The notes under the pieces are model-generated. The model was not told where the DNA came from. It did no database searches and worked only from the letters and a program-made list of their open reading frames with translations. This document shows, one piece after another, positions 26,790 through 44,134 of a stretch of 64,000 bases of DNA; the first letter of the stretch is position 1, and the number at the start of each line of letters is the position of its first letter. Where the stretch lies: assembly GCF_009914755.1 (NCBI RefSeq), contig NC_060931.1; one strand, given 5' to 3'. Source of the stretch: the human T2T-CHM13v2.0 reference genome, Homo sapiens. Position numbers and translations under genes: made by a program.

Positions 26790-26992
26790 GTCTTTCTCTC
26801 TCTCTCTCTCCAGTCGTCTCTCTCTTTCTCTCCTCTCTCTCTGTCCATTCTCTCTGTCTCTGTCCCCATCTTTCTTCTCCCCTTCTCCCTCTCTTTCTCT
26901 CTCCTCTTTTGTCTTTTCCCCATCTCTCCCTCCCTCCGGCCTTGTATCCTTCCTTGTCTCTCCCCGTTGCCTCCCCTCCTCTTCCCTCCCCA
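26790..26992 (+). repeat. CT-rich polypyrimidine low-complexity tract
   Basis: (TC)n and tcttc runs over ~200 bp. Confidence 0.85.
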
Positions 26993-27129
26993 TCTGGGTG
27001 GGTGGTCAGGCTTGGTTAGGCTGGGCCATCCAGAGAGGAGGGGAAGCCTGGTCGAGCACCCAGCACTGAGCAGAGCAGACAGACTTGGCGAAGGAGGTGG
27101 GAGCAGGGATCAGGAGGGAGGGTGCAGGG

Positions 27130-28905
<1,776 letters not shown>

Positions 28906-29340
28906 ATGAGGTGGGAGCACGTGGAGCCCTATGAGCTCCCCCCATGGAGGGAGGAGCAGGGCTGCAGTGTGGAGCCTGCAGTGGCTGGAGCTCCTGTCCT
29001 GCAGAGTCAGGGATGAGACGTCTTCCCCTCCTTCCTGGCCTCAGGCACACTGGTGTCTCTCCAGTCCCACCACAGTCCTGGCTCCAGGTCTTGCCAACTC
29101 CTCCCCAGCAGCCTCAAGGGGCTGCTTCTGATGTAACGGCTTCTGCAGGGCGTCGCATCCTCCCAGCTCCTGCTGAGCCCTCCCTGCTCCCACCTCCTGG
29201 GCTGCACTCCTCAGCCTGCTCTCTCAGGCCTCCAGGACCTGGGGAAGACATCCACAGTTTACAGGGCACTTCCTCAGAAACCTAATTAACAGTGTCACAT
29301 GGGTGCTTTAGTTTTGTTTTACACTGGGGTGTAAACAACA

Positions 29341-29434
29341 AGCTGGGTGCGGTGCCTCACACCTGTAATCCCAGCACTTTGGGAGACCGAGGCAGGCGGA
29401 TTGCCTGAGGTCAGGAGTTTGAGATCAGTCTGGC
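29341..29434 (+). mobile_element. Alu, 5' part (complements 27800-28017, now inverted)
   Basis: Alu positions ~1-95, ending gagatcagtctggc next to the LTR12 terminus. Confidence 0.85.
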
Positions 29435-29816
29435 TGTGTCTGGAATTGGTGGGTTCTTGGTCTTGCTGACTTCAAGAAAAGCCGTGGAGCCTCACGGTGA
29501 GTGTTACAGTTCTTAAAGATGGTGTGTCCAGAGTTTGTTCCTTCTGATGTTGTGTCCGGAGTTTTTTCCTTCTGGTGGGTTCGTGGTCTTGCTGACTTGA
29601 GGAGTGAAGCTGCAGACCTTCGCAGTGAGTGTTACAGCTCTTAAAGGCGGTGCATCCGGAGTTGTTAGTTCCTTCCGGTGGGTTCATGGTCTCGCTGGTT
29701 TCAGGAGTGAAGCTGCAGACCTTCGTGGTGTTACAGCTCATAAAGGCAGCGTGGACCCAAAGGGTGAGCAGCAGCAAGATTTATTGTAAAGAGTGATAGA
29801 AGAAAGCTTCCACAGC
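29435..29816 (-). mobile_element. LTR12 R/U5 portion, inverted
   Basis: TGTGTCTGGAATTGGTGGGTTCTT is the reverse complement of the LTR12 3' terminus; includes the LTR poly(A) signal (plus-strand tttatt near 29780). Confidence 0.9.
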
Positions 29817-29850
29817 TGCACCAGTGCCTCCCCTGCAGCTCAGGTCCTAC

Positions 29851-30088
29851 TCCCGGAACCAGCTTCATGGCTGCCCATCAGACCCCAAAGCAGGTTCCCC
29901 TGAGTGTAGCCGATCTTTTCTCATGATCATTGTTAAGTAGAGGCACCGTGTTGAACAGCAGTTCTCTCGATTCCCGGCACCAGCTTCATGACTGCCCATC
30001 AGACCCTGAAGCAGGTGCTCCTGAGTGCAGCCGATCTTTTCTCATGATTATTGTTAAGTAGAGGCACCGTGTTGAACAGCAGATCTCT
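29851..30088 (+). repeat. 121-bp tandem duplication
   Basis: tcccgg(a/c)accagcttcatg...gttgaacagcag at 29851 and 29972. Confidence 0.9.
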
Positions 30089-30600
30089 GGAACCTACTCA
30101 TCGTGCATAACGGAAACTGTATTCTACCCCCGCTTCCCCTCCTCCAGTCCTGGAGACCCCAACCCTCCTCTCTGCTTCTATGAGCGTGACTGTTTCAGAT
30201 TCCTTGTAGATGGGAGACCATGCAGTGTCTGCCTTTCTCCTTACTTCACATAACATAATGTCCTCTGGGTTCATCCCTGCTGTCACTAATGATAGGGTTT
30301 CCTCTTTTTCATGGCTGAATAGTACTCCATGGTGTGGTGATGGCCTGGACTCTATTCATTCATTTGTTGATGGACATGGAGGTTGCTTCCACTACTTGGC
30401 TATTGTGAATAGTGCTGCAATGAACTTGGGGTGCAGACACCTCTTCAAAATACTGACTTCAATTTTTTGGGTCAATACCCAGAACTGGGATGGCTGGGTG
30501 GCAGGTAGTTCTATTTTTAGATGTTTGAGGAAACTCCACAGCATTCCCCATGGTGGCTGCCCTGGCCCACATTCCCACCGACAGTGCCCACAAGGCACAC
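30045..30600 (-). mobile_element. Old L1 (L1MA/MB) 3' UTR fragment
   Basis: cataatgtcctctgggttcatcc...tattgtgaatagtgctgcaatgaac...ggtagttctatttttag. Confidence 0.75.
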
Positions 30601-31879
30601 CTGATCCCACTCTTCCGCACGCTTTCCCCATCTGGACCCTCTTCACACCCCTGATCTCTGGCAGAGGAGGGGACTGGGTTGGGGGTCCGCCTTCCCCCAC
30701 TCACTCTCTTTGTGACTTCAGCAACCACCTCGGCCTCCCACCCTGTTCTTCCCCTTAGCAACACGAAGGCTTGGGCGAGAGAGTGGCGAACGCCATTTCC
30801 CACTCTACCGGTTCGGGTTCCTATGCTTTTCCCCGGCCCTGAGAGACAGCACTGCCACCCTTTCCACTCCTGCAGGGAGATCTGCCACACGAAGTAGGAC
30901 GGATGTGAAGCAAACAGGCAACAGGGTCACCTGCCCTCCCAGACAGCCTTCCACAGCAGGGAGGACGGAGGAGAGAGGGAGGGGCACACCCTGGAGGCTG
31001 GGGAAGGTCTCATTCCTGGTTGGCAAACTCTCCTCTTCATGCCCACCCTGCATGACTCCTCCCAGGCCGCTACCAGTTCACACCCCAGCATCTGTGCCCG
31101 GCCCAGCCCTGGGCACTGAGCACAGTATGGCAGCACCCAGCACACAGAAGCCGGGCCCCTGCACAGCTGGATTCCAGTGGGGACAGAACGACAATACATA
31201 TGAGAAATCTATTGCCCGAGAGGGCGCCTCGCACAGAGGGAGAGCAGAGCATGAGGAGGGGCTGGGCTGGGGTGGAGGCATCGTTCTCATGGAGGTGGCA
31301 TGGGAGCCCTGCTTAGAAACTGGAGTCTACACAAAGCCCTGGGGAGTGGGGGAATGCGTGGTGCAGATGCCTGCGAAGGGGGCTCCAGGCAGAGGAACCC
31401 CAAGTTCATGGCCCAAAGGGAGTGCCTCCCCAGCACAACCCCAGAATGCCAGAGAGCCCTGTGTGGCCAGAGTGGGGCGGAGGCACAGGGAGAGGCTCTA
31501 TCTGTCCATCCATCCTGCTGGGCGGGTGCCCCTCAGAGGCCACAGGGCCACAACGTCTCCTGGCTCTGTGCACACCCACCACTGTTGCCTGTTGTCTCAA
31601 GGGGCCAGCACAGAACCACCCCTGTCCCTGTGGACTTGCCCAGATGGACGAGTGCTTGGCACCCACAACAGGCAGACAGCAGGACCCAGGTCTAGCAGTG
31701 TGGTCAGAGAACGTCTCTGCCCCTTCTCAACACAGGCCAGACTCCATCTCCAGCCTGTGCACCATCCCTGCAGCCCAGGAGGAGCTCATGCTGGCATCAG
31801 CATCCCCACACCCACATTCCTTTTGGCCCAGGCCCCACTGCAGAGCTCGGACTGCTAGACCCTGGATTAGCCACCCAGT

Positions 31880-32469
31880 CAGGAACTGTCCCTGTGAACT
31901 TTATAAAATTCATCAGGGCTGAGGGGAGGAAGAGAAAGGAAAATAGACCAAGCTGCAGCACACTCAGCATGAATCACTGGGTCAGCCTGCTCTGCAACCC
32001 CTTCCTCATTGCCGTTTGCTGCCTCTCACCCCAGAATCACATAAAGCCTGGCACAGATTACAGATGCCTTGAACTGCTCTATAGACAAGTTGAACATTAT
32101 GAAATGTTAAGTTTTGTTTACATTTCTCTGAGATATCCTTTCAATTCCTGTGTACCAGTGCAACTACTGATGCCAGCTGGTCTGAAGGACTCCATAAAAA
32201 GCTGAGTCCCCACCAGAGAATGCAGTTTCCACCTCCTGATGACTTCACCCTCCTCACCCTGACCAATCAACCATCCCAGTTTTCCAGTACCTCACCCTCC
32301 TTAACAACCCCAGCCCAGAACTCCCCAGGGAGATGGATTTGAGGGTCTCCTCCCATCCCCTCACCTGGAGCCCTGCCGCCACTAAACTCTTTCTCTGCTG
32401 CAAACCCTGCTGTCTTGGTGCATTGGCTTGTGACTGCACGGGGGGCTATGACCTGGTGGCCTTGTAACA
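31880..32469 (+). mobile_element. ERV1-class solo LTR
   Basis: CCAATCA box, aaactctttctctgctgcaaaccctgctgtc and terminal tgtaaca; subfamily uncertain. Confidence 0.6.
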
Positions 32470-32499
32470 GTCAGTCCTGAACTTCAGCCCTATCCTGTA

Positions 32500-33054
32500 G
32501 TTTGGCCCAAGATCCCTGTGGTGTCCAGCCTCCAAGCTGGTGCCCTGAGATCCCCCTCCTGGTGCTCACCCTTGTGGAGGCCCCTTCCACAATGCACAAG
32601 GGCTGGTTGGTGTGACCAGCAGTGACCGCATGTCAATGCTGAGCTAAGAGGAGGTAATAAGAGACTGTGGCTTCTAAGGCTGGTGCCTGGTCTTTCCCCG
32701 CTCTCCTCTCTTTCTCTCCATCTCTCCTTTCCTTTTCTTTCTCCCAGTCTCTGTCTCTCCTCTCTCTGTGTGTCTATGTCTGCCTGAATGTCTCTCTCTG
32801 TCTCATCACTAACTCTGGGGAAACCCAGCTGCCACTCAAGCAGAGGCCCCTGAGCAGCCTGTCTTGCAGAGCCCTGAGATGGCTGCAGCCCCTGCTGAGA
32901 GCCTGACTGCAAACTCCCAAGAGAGCCTGGGCCAGAGCCACGCAATCAAGCCTCAGCCAGATTCCTGGCCCTCAGACACTGGGAGATAATCAGTGTGGTG
33001 TTAAGCTTCTAAGTATTGGGGTTGTATGTTACACAGCAGTAGGTAACTAATACA
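32500..33054 (+). mobile_element. MLT1 LTR
   Basis: 3' end gttgtatgttacacagcagtaggtaactaataca. Confidence 0.65.
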
Positions 33055-33431
33055 ATCCCAGATGCTAGTCACCTGCCTCCCCTAACACACAGGAGACCGC
33101 CTGTCTGGACAGCCTCATTGGCCCCATGGATTCCCTTGGCCTGGCCCAGAAAGCTGCCCTCAGGAGCTGTAGAACTGAGATCCTTCTGCAGGGCCCTGTG
33201 GGCCTGAGCACATCCTTGAGGCTCCAGTTCTCCCTCAAACCCCAGCCCAGGGGTCACATAGGCAACCAAAGGCCTTTACTTTAAATTTTAGAAAATTGCT
33301 AACTGCAGCTCAATGACCAGCAGGACAGCGGCTTGATATCAGATAATGGAATCTGAGCAGCAGCTGATGTTAATCTGATTGTTCCCGACAGCCTGGGCAG
33401 GGCCAGAGAGACAGGCTTCAGGTCCCCGCAC

Positions 33432-33580
33432 CTTTTGTCTGCAACACAGGGTCAAGTTTTGTTCTTGTCATCGGGCCATGTCTTCCAGTGTCATCAGCTC
33501 AGCACTTCATGTTCAGCATGTAATGACATTTGTTTTTCTTGCTAATTGCTCTTGGAGTGGTTTCCACTTCCCCAACTGGA
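33432..33580 (-). pseudogene. Exon remnant: QLGKWKPLQEQLARKTNVITC*T*SAELMTLEDMAR*QEQNLTLCCRQK
   Basis: tttcAG acceptor and AAG|GTGCGG donor; 149 nt; three TGA stops compatible with CGA>TGA decay; resembles CATSPERG GSWIRVL...GSEYIMAL. Confidence 0.6.
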
Positions 33581-33770
33581 CTGAAATCTTGTTACCCCAG
33601 AAACAGTGTCTTTCTGTGAGTCTCACACAGAAAGGAGTGGACGGTGGGCTGCCTCTCTGTTCTACCCTGTATTGTCCCTAACCAGCTGTCCACCAGAGCA
33701 CGATGACCACAGATAAATGACCTGCCATGTGACATCAAGTTGCTAGATTCACCAGCAACCAGTCACTCAC

Positions 33771-33816
33771 CCGTTTCCTGAGTATAGATCTCTGGCTAAC
33801 GACTCCACCTTGCACA
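33771..33816 (-). pseudogene. 46-nt exon remnant of the CATSPERG-like gene
   Basis: ttcttgtAG acceptor and CGG|GTGAGT donor; reading frame ambiguous. Confidence 0.55.
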
Positions 33817-33834
33817 CTACAAGAATGTGGAGCA

Positions 33835-34610
<776 letters not shown>

Positions 34611-35329
34611 CTGTGCAGCAGGACGGAGACAGGGGCAGCTGGCGTCCTTGGGTGGGCTCTGAGCCCCGTTCATCCCTGAGACTCTCCTCCCCGCTCATGT
34701 GGCCCCTTCTCTCAGCCCTGCAGCGGCCTCTCCCCACCCGGCATTGCTCTCTGTCCGCCAACTCACGTTTCTTGAACAGTCTTTGGAAAACATTTCTGGG
34801 CAGTGGAAGGGGTGTATCTCTTCCCAATTATTCAAGAACCAGCTCTGTGACCCTGGACAGGTCGCTGGAACCTCTTGGGCTTCAGCCAATGGGAAATGAG
34901 ATGGTTGGCCAGAGGGTCCCCAAGACCCCAAACCTGTGAAACCCAGACCAGGCGATGTGGCCACAGGTTCCCAAGCAGCGGAAACTCTTAGGTCGGCCTC
35001 CGCGTCTGAGAACAGAGCGCAGCGGAACTGCCGCGTGGCCAGCACCTGGGCCTCCCCCGGAGCTGCTCAGGAGTGCAGAGTTCAGGCCTTGCCCCCTGCT
35101 GAACTTGAACTGGACTGGCCCTGGGAGGCCACTCCTCAGGCCTTCAACCTGTCATCTGAGAGCCGCCAGCAGATGGCAGCAAAGGCCCAGCTCTGGCAGG
35201 TCTCTGAGGCCTCCCGGCTGGGCCGGGCCCTGGTACCTGGAGGAAGATTGCACGCTCTGGGACTGCGAGTTGCAAAGGTACCATGAGGAGCCCCGGGAGG
35301 TGAAAACACTTCCCGGGCTAACGTGGCGC

Positions 35330-35720
35330 CGAGAGGGACTGCGGACCCACTCTTGGCTTCCTCTTTAGAGGAGAGATGGAGCGGGGTCCGAAGCGCACAG
35401 GCTTCGAAGGAACTAGTGAGCCAGCCGAGGGCAGCGGGAGCCGCAGAAATCAGCTCGGAGAGAGTCGCGTGCAGGCTGCAGGTGTAGGGAGAGCCGGGGT
35501 CAGGCTCCGGTGCGCCGCGGGGGATGGCGGACCCTCCGGGGGCCGTGCTCCCCGCATTCCCACCACGGCGCAGGCATCGGGTGCCCTGCTCATCGCCCCT
35601 CCAGCCGGGGCCGGGCCTGCCTCTGGAAGCCCCACGGGTTCTCTGGGGCCTTTGGTTCCAGCGGGACCCAGGAGAGCAGCAGCTTTTGTCCGTGTGGGCC
35701 ACGGTGACCTTCCCAGACAC
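35330..35720. promoter_or_regulatory. CpG/GC-rich island-like segment
   Basis: Visibly dense CpG (e.g. tgcgccgcggggatggcgg, gccggggccgggcc) in otherwise CpG-poor DNA, just upstream of the most 5' minus-strand exon remnant. Confidence 0.5.
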
Positions 35721-35989
35721 AAAATCAATGCCTAGGAATTGCGGAGTGACCCATCAGCACACGTAGAAAGGGTGGCATTTGTGACTTTTGTGCAGCTCGC
35801 TCAGGTGACACGAAGTCAGCTCCGAGCCCTGCCCAGCCCCAGCCGTCTCCTCCCAGCAGCTTCCAGGGCTGCAGCCACTGCAAGAAGCCAAAGGGGAACC
35901 CGTCCCCCCGGGGGGCCTGGGGACCAGCAAGACGAGGCGGGTAAATGGGCTTCGCGGGCGGCCGCAGGCAAAGCCAGGGAGGATCTCAC

Positions 35990-36372
35990 ATCCTCGTCAG
36001 CTCGGCAGCAGCAACACAGCACCGCGGGCCAGTGGGCTCAGCAGCGGGCGTCTGCGTTTCCCAGTCCTGGCGGCCACAGCCCGAGATCTGGGTGTGGGCA
36101 GGGCTGCTTCTGCCTGGGGCCTCTCTCCTCAGCTGAGCTGCCGTCTTCTCCCCGTGCCCTCACCTGACTGTCCCCGCGTGCACGGCTGTATCCTCATCTT
36201 CTCTTCTTGGAAGGACACCAGTCCTGCTGGATCAGGGCCCACCCACATGACCTCATTATACCTTACTGGCCGCCGTAGAGACCCCAGCTCCACATAAAGC
36301 CACATTCTGAGGTCCTGGGAGTTCGACCGGCAGCTTATGAATCTGGAGGACACAATTGATTCAGCCCGCAAC
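35990..36372 (-). mobile_element. MLT1-like LTR (unusually CpG-rich)
   Basis: cccagtcctggcggccacagcccgagatc...aaggacaccagtcc...ccacattctgaggtcctggg. Confidence 0.55.
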
Positions 36373-36941
36373 CATCGCGGAGGCTTTGCTTGGGGCACAG
36401 CTGGCAGAGTGTGAGTCACCCAGCGCCAGCACCACACGGTGGTGGTCGGGGGTAGCACCCGGGGCTCCAGGCGCAGGGAGCCCAGCTGCAGTGCGGGTGC
36501 TGCTGAGAGCTGGAGAACGCTGGGGAGACACGCGGCCCGGGCTTCCCGGGCCTGGCTGGCTGCACTGCCCCCCACACCCGGGGGTCTGACTTAGCAGGTC
36601 TTAGGGGTGTCCAAGAACCTACTTTTAACCAGTCCCTAGGTACCTTAAGACCAGGAGGAGGATTTGGAAGATCCCGCTTTGTGCTAATTTCATCTAATCC
36701 TTGCCATAGGCCTATTAGAGGTAAGAAAACAGAGCTACAGAGGTTGAAGAAAAATTCTCAAGATCACATTAAAAGTACATTTACCATTCAAACCTAGGGT
36801 CATGTGGCTTCAGAGCCCTTGTTCTGAAACCCGTGCCGGCATTCCATTTCTAGACCAGGGTGGTGAGCACCAAAGCCCCAGAGAACCCAAGGGGGTTCCA
36901 GAAGCAGGCCCAGCCCTGGGTGGAGAGGCGGTGCCAGGATG

Positions 36942-37175
36942 CCTGACACTGCACAACCTCAGCCCAGGACACCTGCAGCCCAGCACACCTGACACCCACA
37001 CAACCTAGCCCAGGACACCTGATGTCCACAACCTAGCCCAGCACACCTGACACTCCTGCAACCTCAGCCCAGGACACCTGCAGCTCAGGACACCTGACTC
37101 CCACACAACCTCAGCCTAGCACACCTGACACCATATGCCCTCAGCCCAGGACACCTGCAGCCCAGCACACCCGAC
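36942..37175 (+). repeat. Minisatellite of CAACCT(C)AGCCCAG(G/C)ACACCTG modules
   Basis: Repeated AGCCCAG[G/C]ACACCTG with variable GCAG/ACAC/ACTC spacers. Confidence 0.85.
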
Positions 37176-38457
37176 AGTACCCTACCTCAGAGTAGAGGTG
37201 ATGTTCAGAGCACTAACAGCTTCGGGGCACAACCCGCTGGGGCTGCCCACATTGGGCTGGAACAGCCCCCTCCAAGCTCCCCCATGTCAGGTATTTGGCT
37301 CCCCTGGTGCCGGATGATGAGGTGATATTAGTGGGCGGGGACACCCAAGAGAGGGGCTCATGCAGCGCTACTACAAACTCGTGTGGGAGGATTTCCATAT
37401 TTCAGTATTTTTACCACAAATCAGGGCTCCACAGTGCCGGCTGCTGACTCTGCCATTCTTAGATCAAACTTCTAGGCTCTTAGTGCAATAAAATACAAGT
37501 GACAGAAGTGTCCCCAGAGATCCCCCGCAGTGTGCGGCTGGGGTTACAAGTGGATCCCAAGTCTCCTCATCCCCAAAGTGCCATTTGACCAGGGGTACCC
37601 CTCACAGCAGCCTGCAGCTTCCCTTTTCCTCTCCTCCATCCTTAGCTTTCCCAGGCCACCCCTTCCCAGCACCAATCCACAAAACCACGTGTTGCCCAGG
37701 TCCCCGTGTCTTGGCTCAATAGGTGACTCCAAAACAAAAGCGTTGCATCTTTAAAAGTGCCATCATTTCCTGTCCGTGTGTGCTGGCAAGACTGGCTTGG
37801 AGGCTGGGATCAGGGCCTGGGAACAGATGGGCCGAGTGGGGGGCAGGCAGGGGCAGGCGGGGAATGCCCAGCAAGAACAGGGGACGCCTACGTAAGAGGA
37901 AAGCTGTCCTGGGCGCCCCAGGAGAGTCCCGGCTCGGGGCCCTGCATGTCGCCGGCAGAGAGAGAAGGCCGGTGGGTGGGAAGTGTCACCTGAGCCCCCT
38001 GCTCTGTCCACAGGCCCAAGTAAAAGGAGACCCAGCACCACCTGCCATAACTCACAGTGGCTAAGGGCGCGATGTTGGAGCCTGTGCCTGGGGTAGACCC
38101 TGGTCATGCTACTGAAACCTCTGTGCTCTGCCCTCCTCTGCTGTGGAAGGGAGGAAGTGACAGCACCTGTCTTCTGTTGGCATTCTGAGGATAAAGTGGG
38201 TGTGTATATGCACAGGACTTAGCTCAGGATCGGGCATGGGCAAGCACAGTGCAAGCACCTGTCCTAACTGTGCACTGTTTCCCATCATTACTATTTAATT
38301 ATTATTACTCTCATTCCTCTCCTTGGCTAATGGGGTGTGACGGCTGGAACGGGAACCAGGTGCATGCATCGGACGAGAAGCGCACTTGGACTGGCCTCTG
38401 TGTCTGATGGTGAATTGGTGTTTCTGAGGTTCAACCTCTGGATAGTGCTTCTGTGCA

Positions 38458-38952
38458 CTAACCAGTCTCCACAAGCCTAGTAACCAATCTTCAGATGACT
38501 AGTAACCAGTCTCCAGATGACTAGTAACTGATTGTAACCAATTGCCAGATGGCTAGTAACCAATCTTCAGATGATCAGTAACCAGATCATGACTAGTAGC
38601 CAATCTCCAGATGACTACTAACCAGTCTCCAGATGACTGATAACTAACCAGTCTCCAGATGGCTAGTAACCAGTCTCCGAATGACTTGTAACCAGTCTCC
38701 AGACGGCTAGTAGCCAGTCTCCAGATGACTATTAACTAATCTTCAGATGACTAGTAATTAATCAGTCTCCAAACTAGTAACCCACTGCCAGATGACGAGT
38801 AACCAGTCTCCAAATGACTAGTACCCTGGTCTCCAAATGGCTAGTAACCAATTTCCAGATGACTAGTAACCAGTCTCCAGATGGCTAATAACCAGTTTCC
38901 CGATGACTAGTAACCAATCTCCAGATGACTAGTAACTGGTCTCCAGATGGCT
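38458..38952 (+). repeat. 22-bp minisatellite (TAACCAGTCTCCAGATGACTAG)n, ~22 degenerate copies
   Basis: Head-to-tail units with substitutions and a few short indels. Confidence 0.93.
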
Positions 38953-39409
38953 CCCCAAGAGACCACACCTTCAGTGTCATGCGTGGGACGCTCCCCCAAC
39001 ACTGAGCTGCCTGTCCTTGTGTCACCAGTAGCACCATGGTGGCGACACATGTCACTTCAGAGACTCAGTGATCAGAAGGCTTGAAGTACCCACCTTGGTG
39101 TCTGGGAATGCACAGTCCAGCCCACGCTGAAGAGAGAAGTGGGCAGAGCAACGCTGGTCAGCCCCCAGCCCTTTCCGTCAGTGCAGCCCCAGCCGACATG
39201 GGGAAGGGCTAGCTCACATCTTCCAGCCCAGGAGACAGGGATGGCCTGGAGAGGTCATGGGACCCTGTGGGGCCATCTCAGTCACCTCCAGCCAGGGAAG
39301 CCACGCTCCGCTGGGGCGGGAGAGTTGTGGAACAGGCTCAGGCAGCCCCTGCTGTGCCCCTCCCACAGGATCCTGAGCACAGTGAAATGGTCCTTGTTTT
39401 AGGGAATTG

Positions 39410-39676
39410 AGTTTTGGAGTGTGTGTTCCCTACCTAGCTATATATATCCCAAAAATATCCTGGTGTTCAGGCCACCGTGCCCAATGGAAGAGGGCAAGCC
39501 CTTCATATGTGTATGGCTGGAAAAGGACTCTCATCGATTTCCCTTTTGAATTTGGAGCCCTCAAAATCATCTTTGGAGAAAGGCATAGTCCTGTCTCCCA
39601 CGCACACATCCTTAACTTTGGCAAATAAACCTCCTGAAATGATTGAGACTTGTCTCGTCACTTTTCTCAGTTGACA
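39410..39676 (+). mobile_element. MER4-group LTR 3' fragment
   Basis: ccttaactttggcaaataaacctcctgaaatgattgagacttgtctc...gttgaca. Confidence 0.6.
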
Positions 39677-40025
39677 CCCTCAAGGACTCTAACTGGGGCT
39701 GTTAATGGTCAACCTAAGATCATCAAAAGGCTTGGGATCCAGTTAAAAGAGCTTACTCAGGTGTAAAGTGTGAGGGCAGCTGTCCGGGACACACGAACAC
39801 TGAATAATGTTCACCAGTGCTCCTGGAGTCGGGAAAGGTAAAGATCGTTTATACAGGGAAAACACAGGTGAATTACATTTTCCATGGAAAGGCTGACACA
39901 AAGATATAAGATTTAGTTGGCTACTATTGCTTACACTCTCCAGGATTGCTTAACATTCCATTGTGAAGAGGTAACAATCACAAGGCTCTCTCCCAACATC
40001 ATTTAATCTAGGTGTGAATGAAGAA

Positions 40026-40794
40026 TGAGGAGGGCAAAAATCACCTGGTGAGCATCATGCAGACCCCAGGGACAAAAGTTCCTTATCTGAGGAATTTAGA
40101 AGTAATTAGACTTCCCTATTACCTAAAGGCACCTGGTTCCAGGCCTCTCCTCAAAACGTGTGAGTAACTAGAATTTCTATACATCTCTGGAATGCATGCA
40201 TGCCAAAACTTATGGTGCAACCCTTGCTGACACTGAGACACCAAAATGTCTACAAATGTAATACTTTATCGTGCAAATCACCCTTCAGCTCCTGCTTGAA
40301 GGTCCATAAATACCCCTAAGGAAAAATCCACCGCAGTGTGCTCAGTCCTCTCTAGCTGAGGCACCCACTGCGCTCTCCAGCCGCGTTCTTTCTTTCTAAC
40401 AAAACTTTCCTTTGGCCGGGTGCGGTGGCTCATGCCTGTAATCCCAGCATTTTGGGAGGCTGAGGCGGGTGGATCACGAGGTCAGGAGATCAAGACCAGC
40501 CTGGCCAACATGGTGAAACCCCGCCTCTACGCAAAATGCAAAAATTAGCCAGGCGTGGTGGCGCATGCCTGTAATCCCAGCTACTCAGGCTGAGGCAGGA
40601 GAATCACTTGAACCCGGGAGGCAGTGGATGCAGTGAGCAGAGATCACGCCACTACACTCCAGCCTGGGTGACAGAGCAAGACTCCGTCTCAAAAAGAAAA
40701 AAAGTTTTTCCTTTTTCAAACCTATGCTGTTGTTGGTAAATTCTTACCAACCTACGAGTTGACCACTTCCCGATGCCAGGCATTTTGCCTGGCA
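40026..40794 (+). mobile_element. ERV1 solo LTR inserted in the proviral 3' LTR, containing an Alu at 40414-40703
   Basis: tgaggagggcaaaaatcacctgg...ccataaatacccc...gcctggca with a full Alu inside. Confidence 0.65.
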
Positions 40795-41002
40795 AAGAAC
40801 AGGAGCCTGGCTAATGTGTCACATCTCAACACACCAAGGTCAGACAGCTACAGTTGTGCCCCAGAGAAGAAACACAGCTGTTACATGACTTGGTTTCCAG
40901 GGCGTTAACTTTACCCCTTGGCAAAATACATTTAGAAGCTCCTGAAACTTATTTTATTTTCACATTTCTCCCTTTCCTTGAAAATTATTCAGAGAAAGCA
41001 TT

Positions 41003-41427
41003 TGTTTTAGTCTATTTGTATTACTATAAAGGAATACTTGAGGCTGGGTAATTAATAAAGAGAAGAGGTTTATGTGGCTCACGGTTCTGCAGACTGTACA
41101 GTAAGCATAGTGCCAATGTCTGCTTCCTGAGGGCCTCAGGAAATTTCTCCTCGTGGCAGACAGGGAAGGGGAGCTGGCACATCATGTGGCAAGAGAGGAG
41201 GCAAGAGAGGGAGGAGGAGGTGCCAGGTTCTTTTGAAAAACCAGTTCTCTGGGGAACTCTTGAGGGAACCTATAGAGCAAGAACTCACTCATTACCTAGA
41301 GGACACCAAACCATTCCTGAGGACTCCACCCCCATGACTCAACCACCTTCCAGAAGGCCCCACCTCCAGCATTAGGGATCAAATCTCAACTTGAGATTTG
41401 CAGGGGACAAACGTCCAAACCGTATTA
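41003..41427 (-). mobile_element. MST (MaLR) LTR
   Basis: tgttttagtctatttgtattactataaaggaatacttgaggctgggtaat...; near-TSD GCATT/GTATT. Confidence 0.8.
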
Positions 41428-41599
41428 GTATTGCAGAGGAATCGTGCTCAGGCCCTGTATTTTATCAAATCCCACATTGCCAGGAGGGCTCATTCCTCGG
41501 AAGTCACCTCCCCAGGAAGGGGGACTGGAAGGGACCAAGGTGAAATGTCAAAGGAACAAAGGGAGAGTAGTCCTGGAGCCTGGGTCAGGCTGCACAGCT

Positions 41600-43320
<1,721 letters not shown>

Positions 43321-43454
43321 GTATTAAATGTTTGTCTAGCATTTTGGGTTTCAGCTGTCTATGTCAAATGCCATCTTTTTCTCTGCCTGGCATCAACTAT
43401 TTTGAGTCAGAGGTCACCTTCTGGGGAAAAAGTCCAACCTAGAGTCTCAGCCTT

Positions 43455-44134
<680 letters not shown>

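Noticed and set aside
29318-29335. Hairpin TTTACAC-TGGG-GTGTAAA
   Set aside because: A 7-bp stem is expected by chance in 64 kb.
30905-31858. 317-aa + strand ORF
   Set aside because: GC-rich, begins at GTG, has no recognisable domain or splice context; likely chance.
38458-38952. CRISPR-like regular repeat
   Set aside because: Units are head-to-tail with no unique spacers, there are no cas genes, and the DNA is primate.
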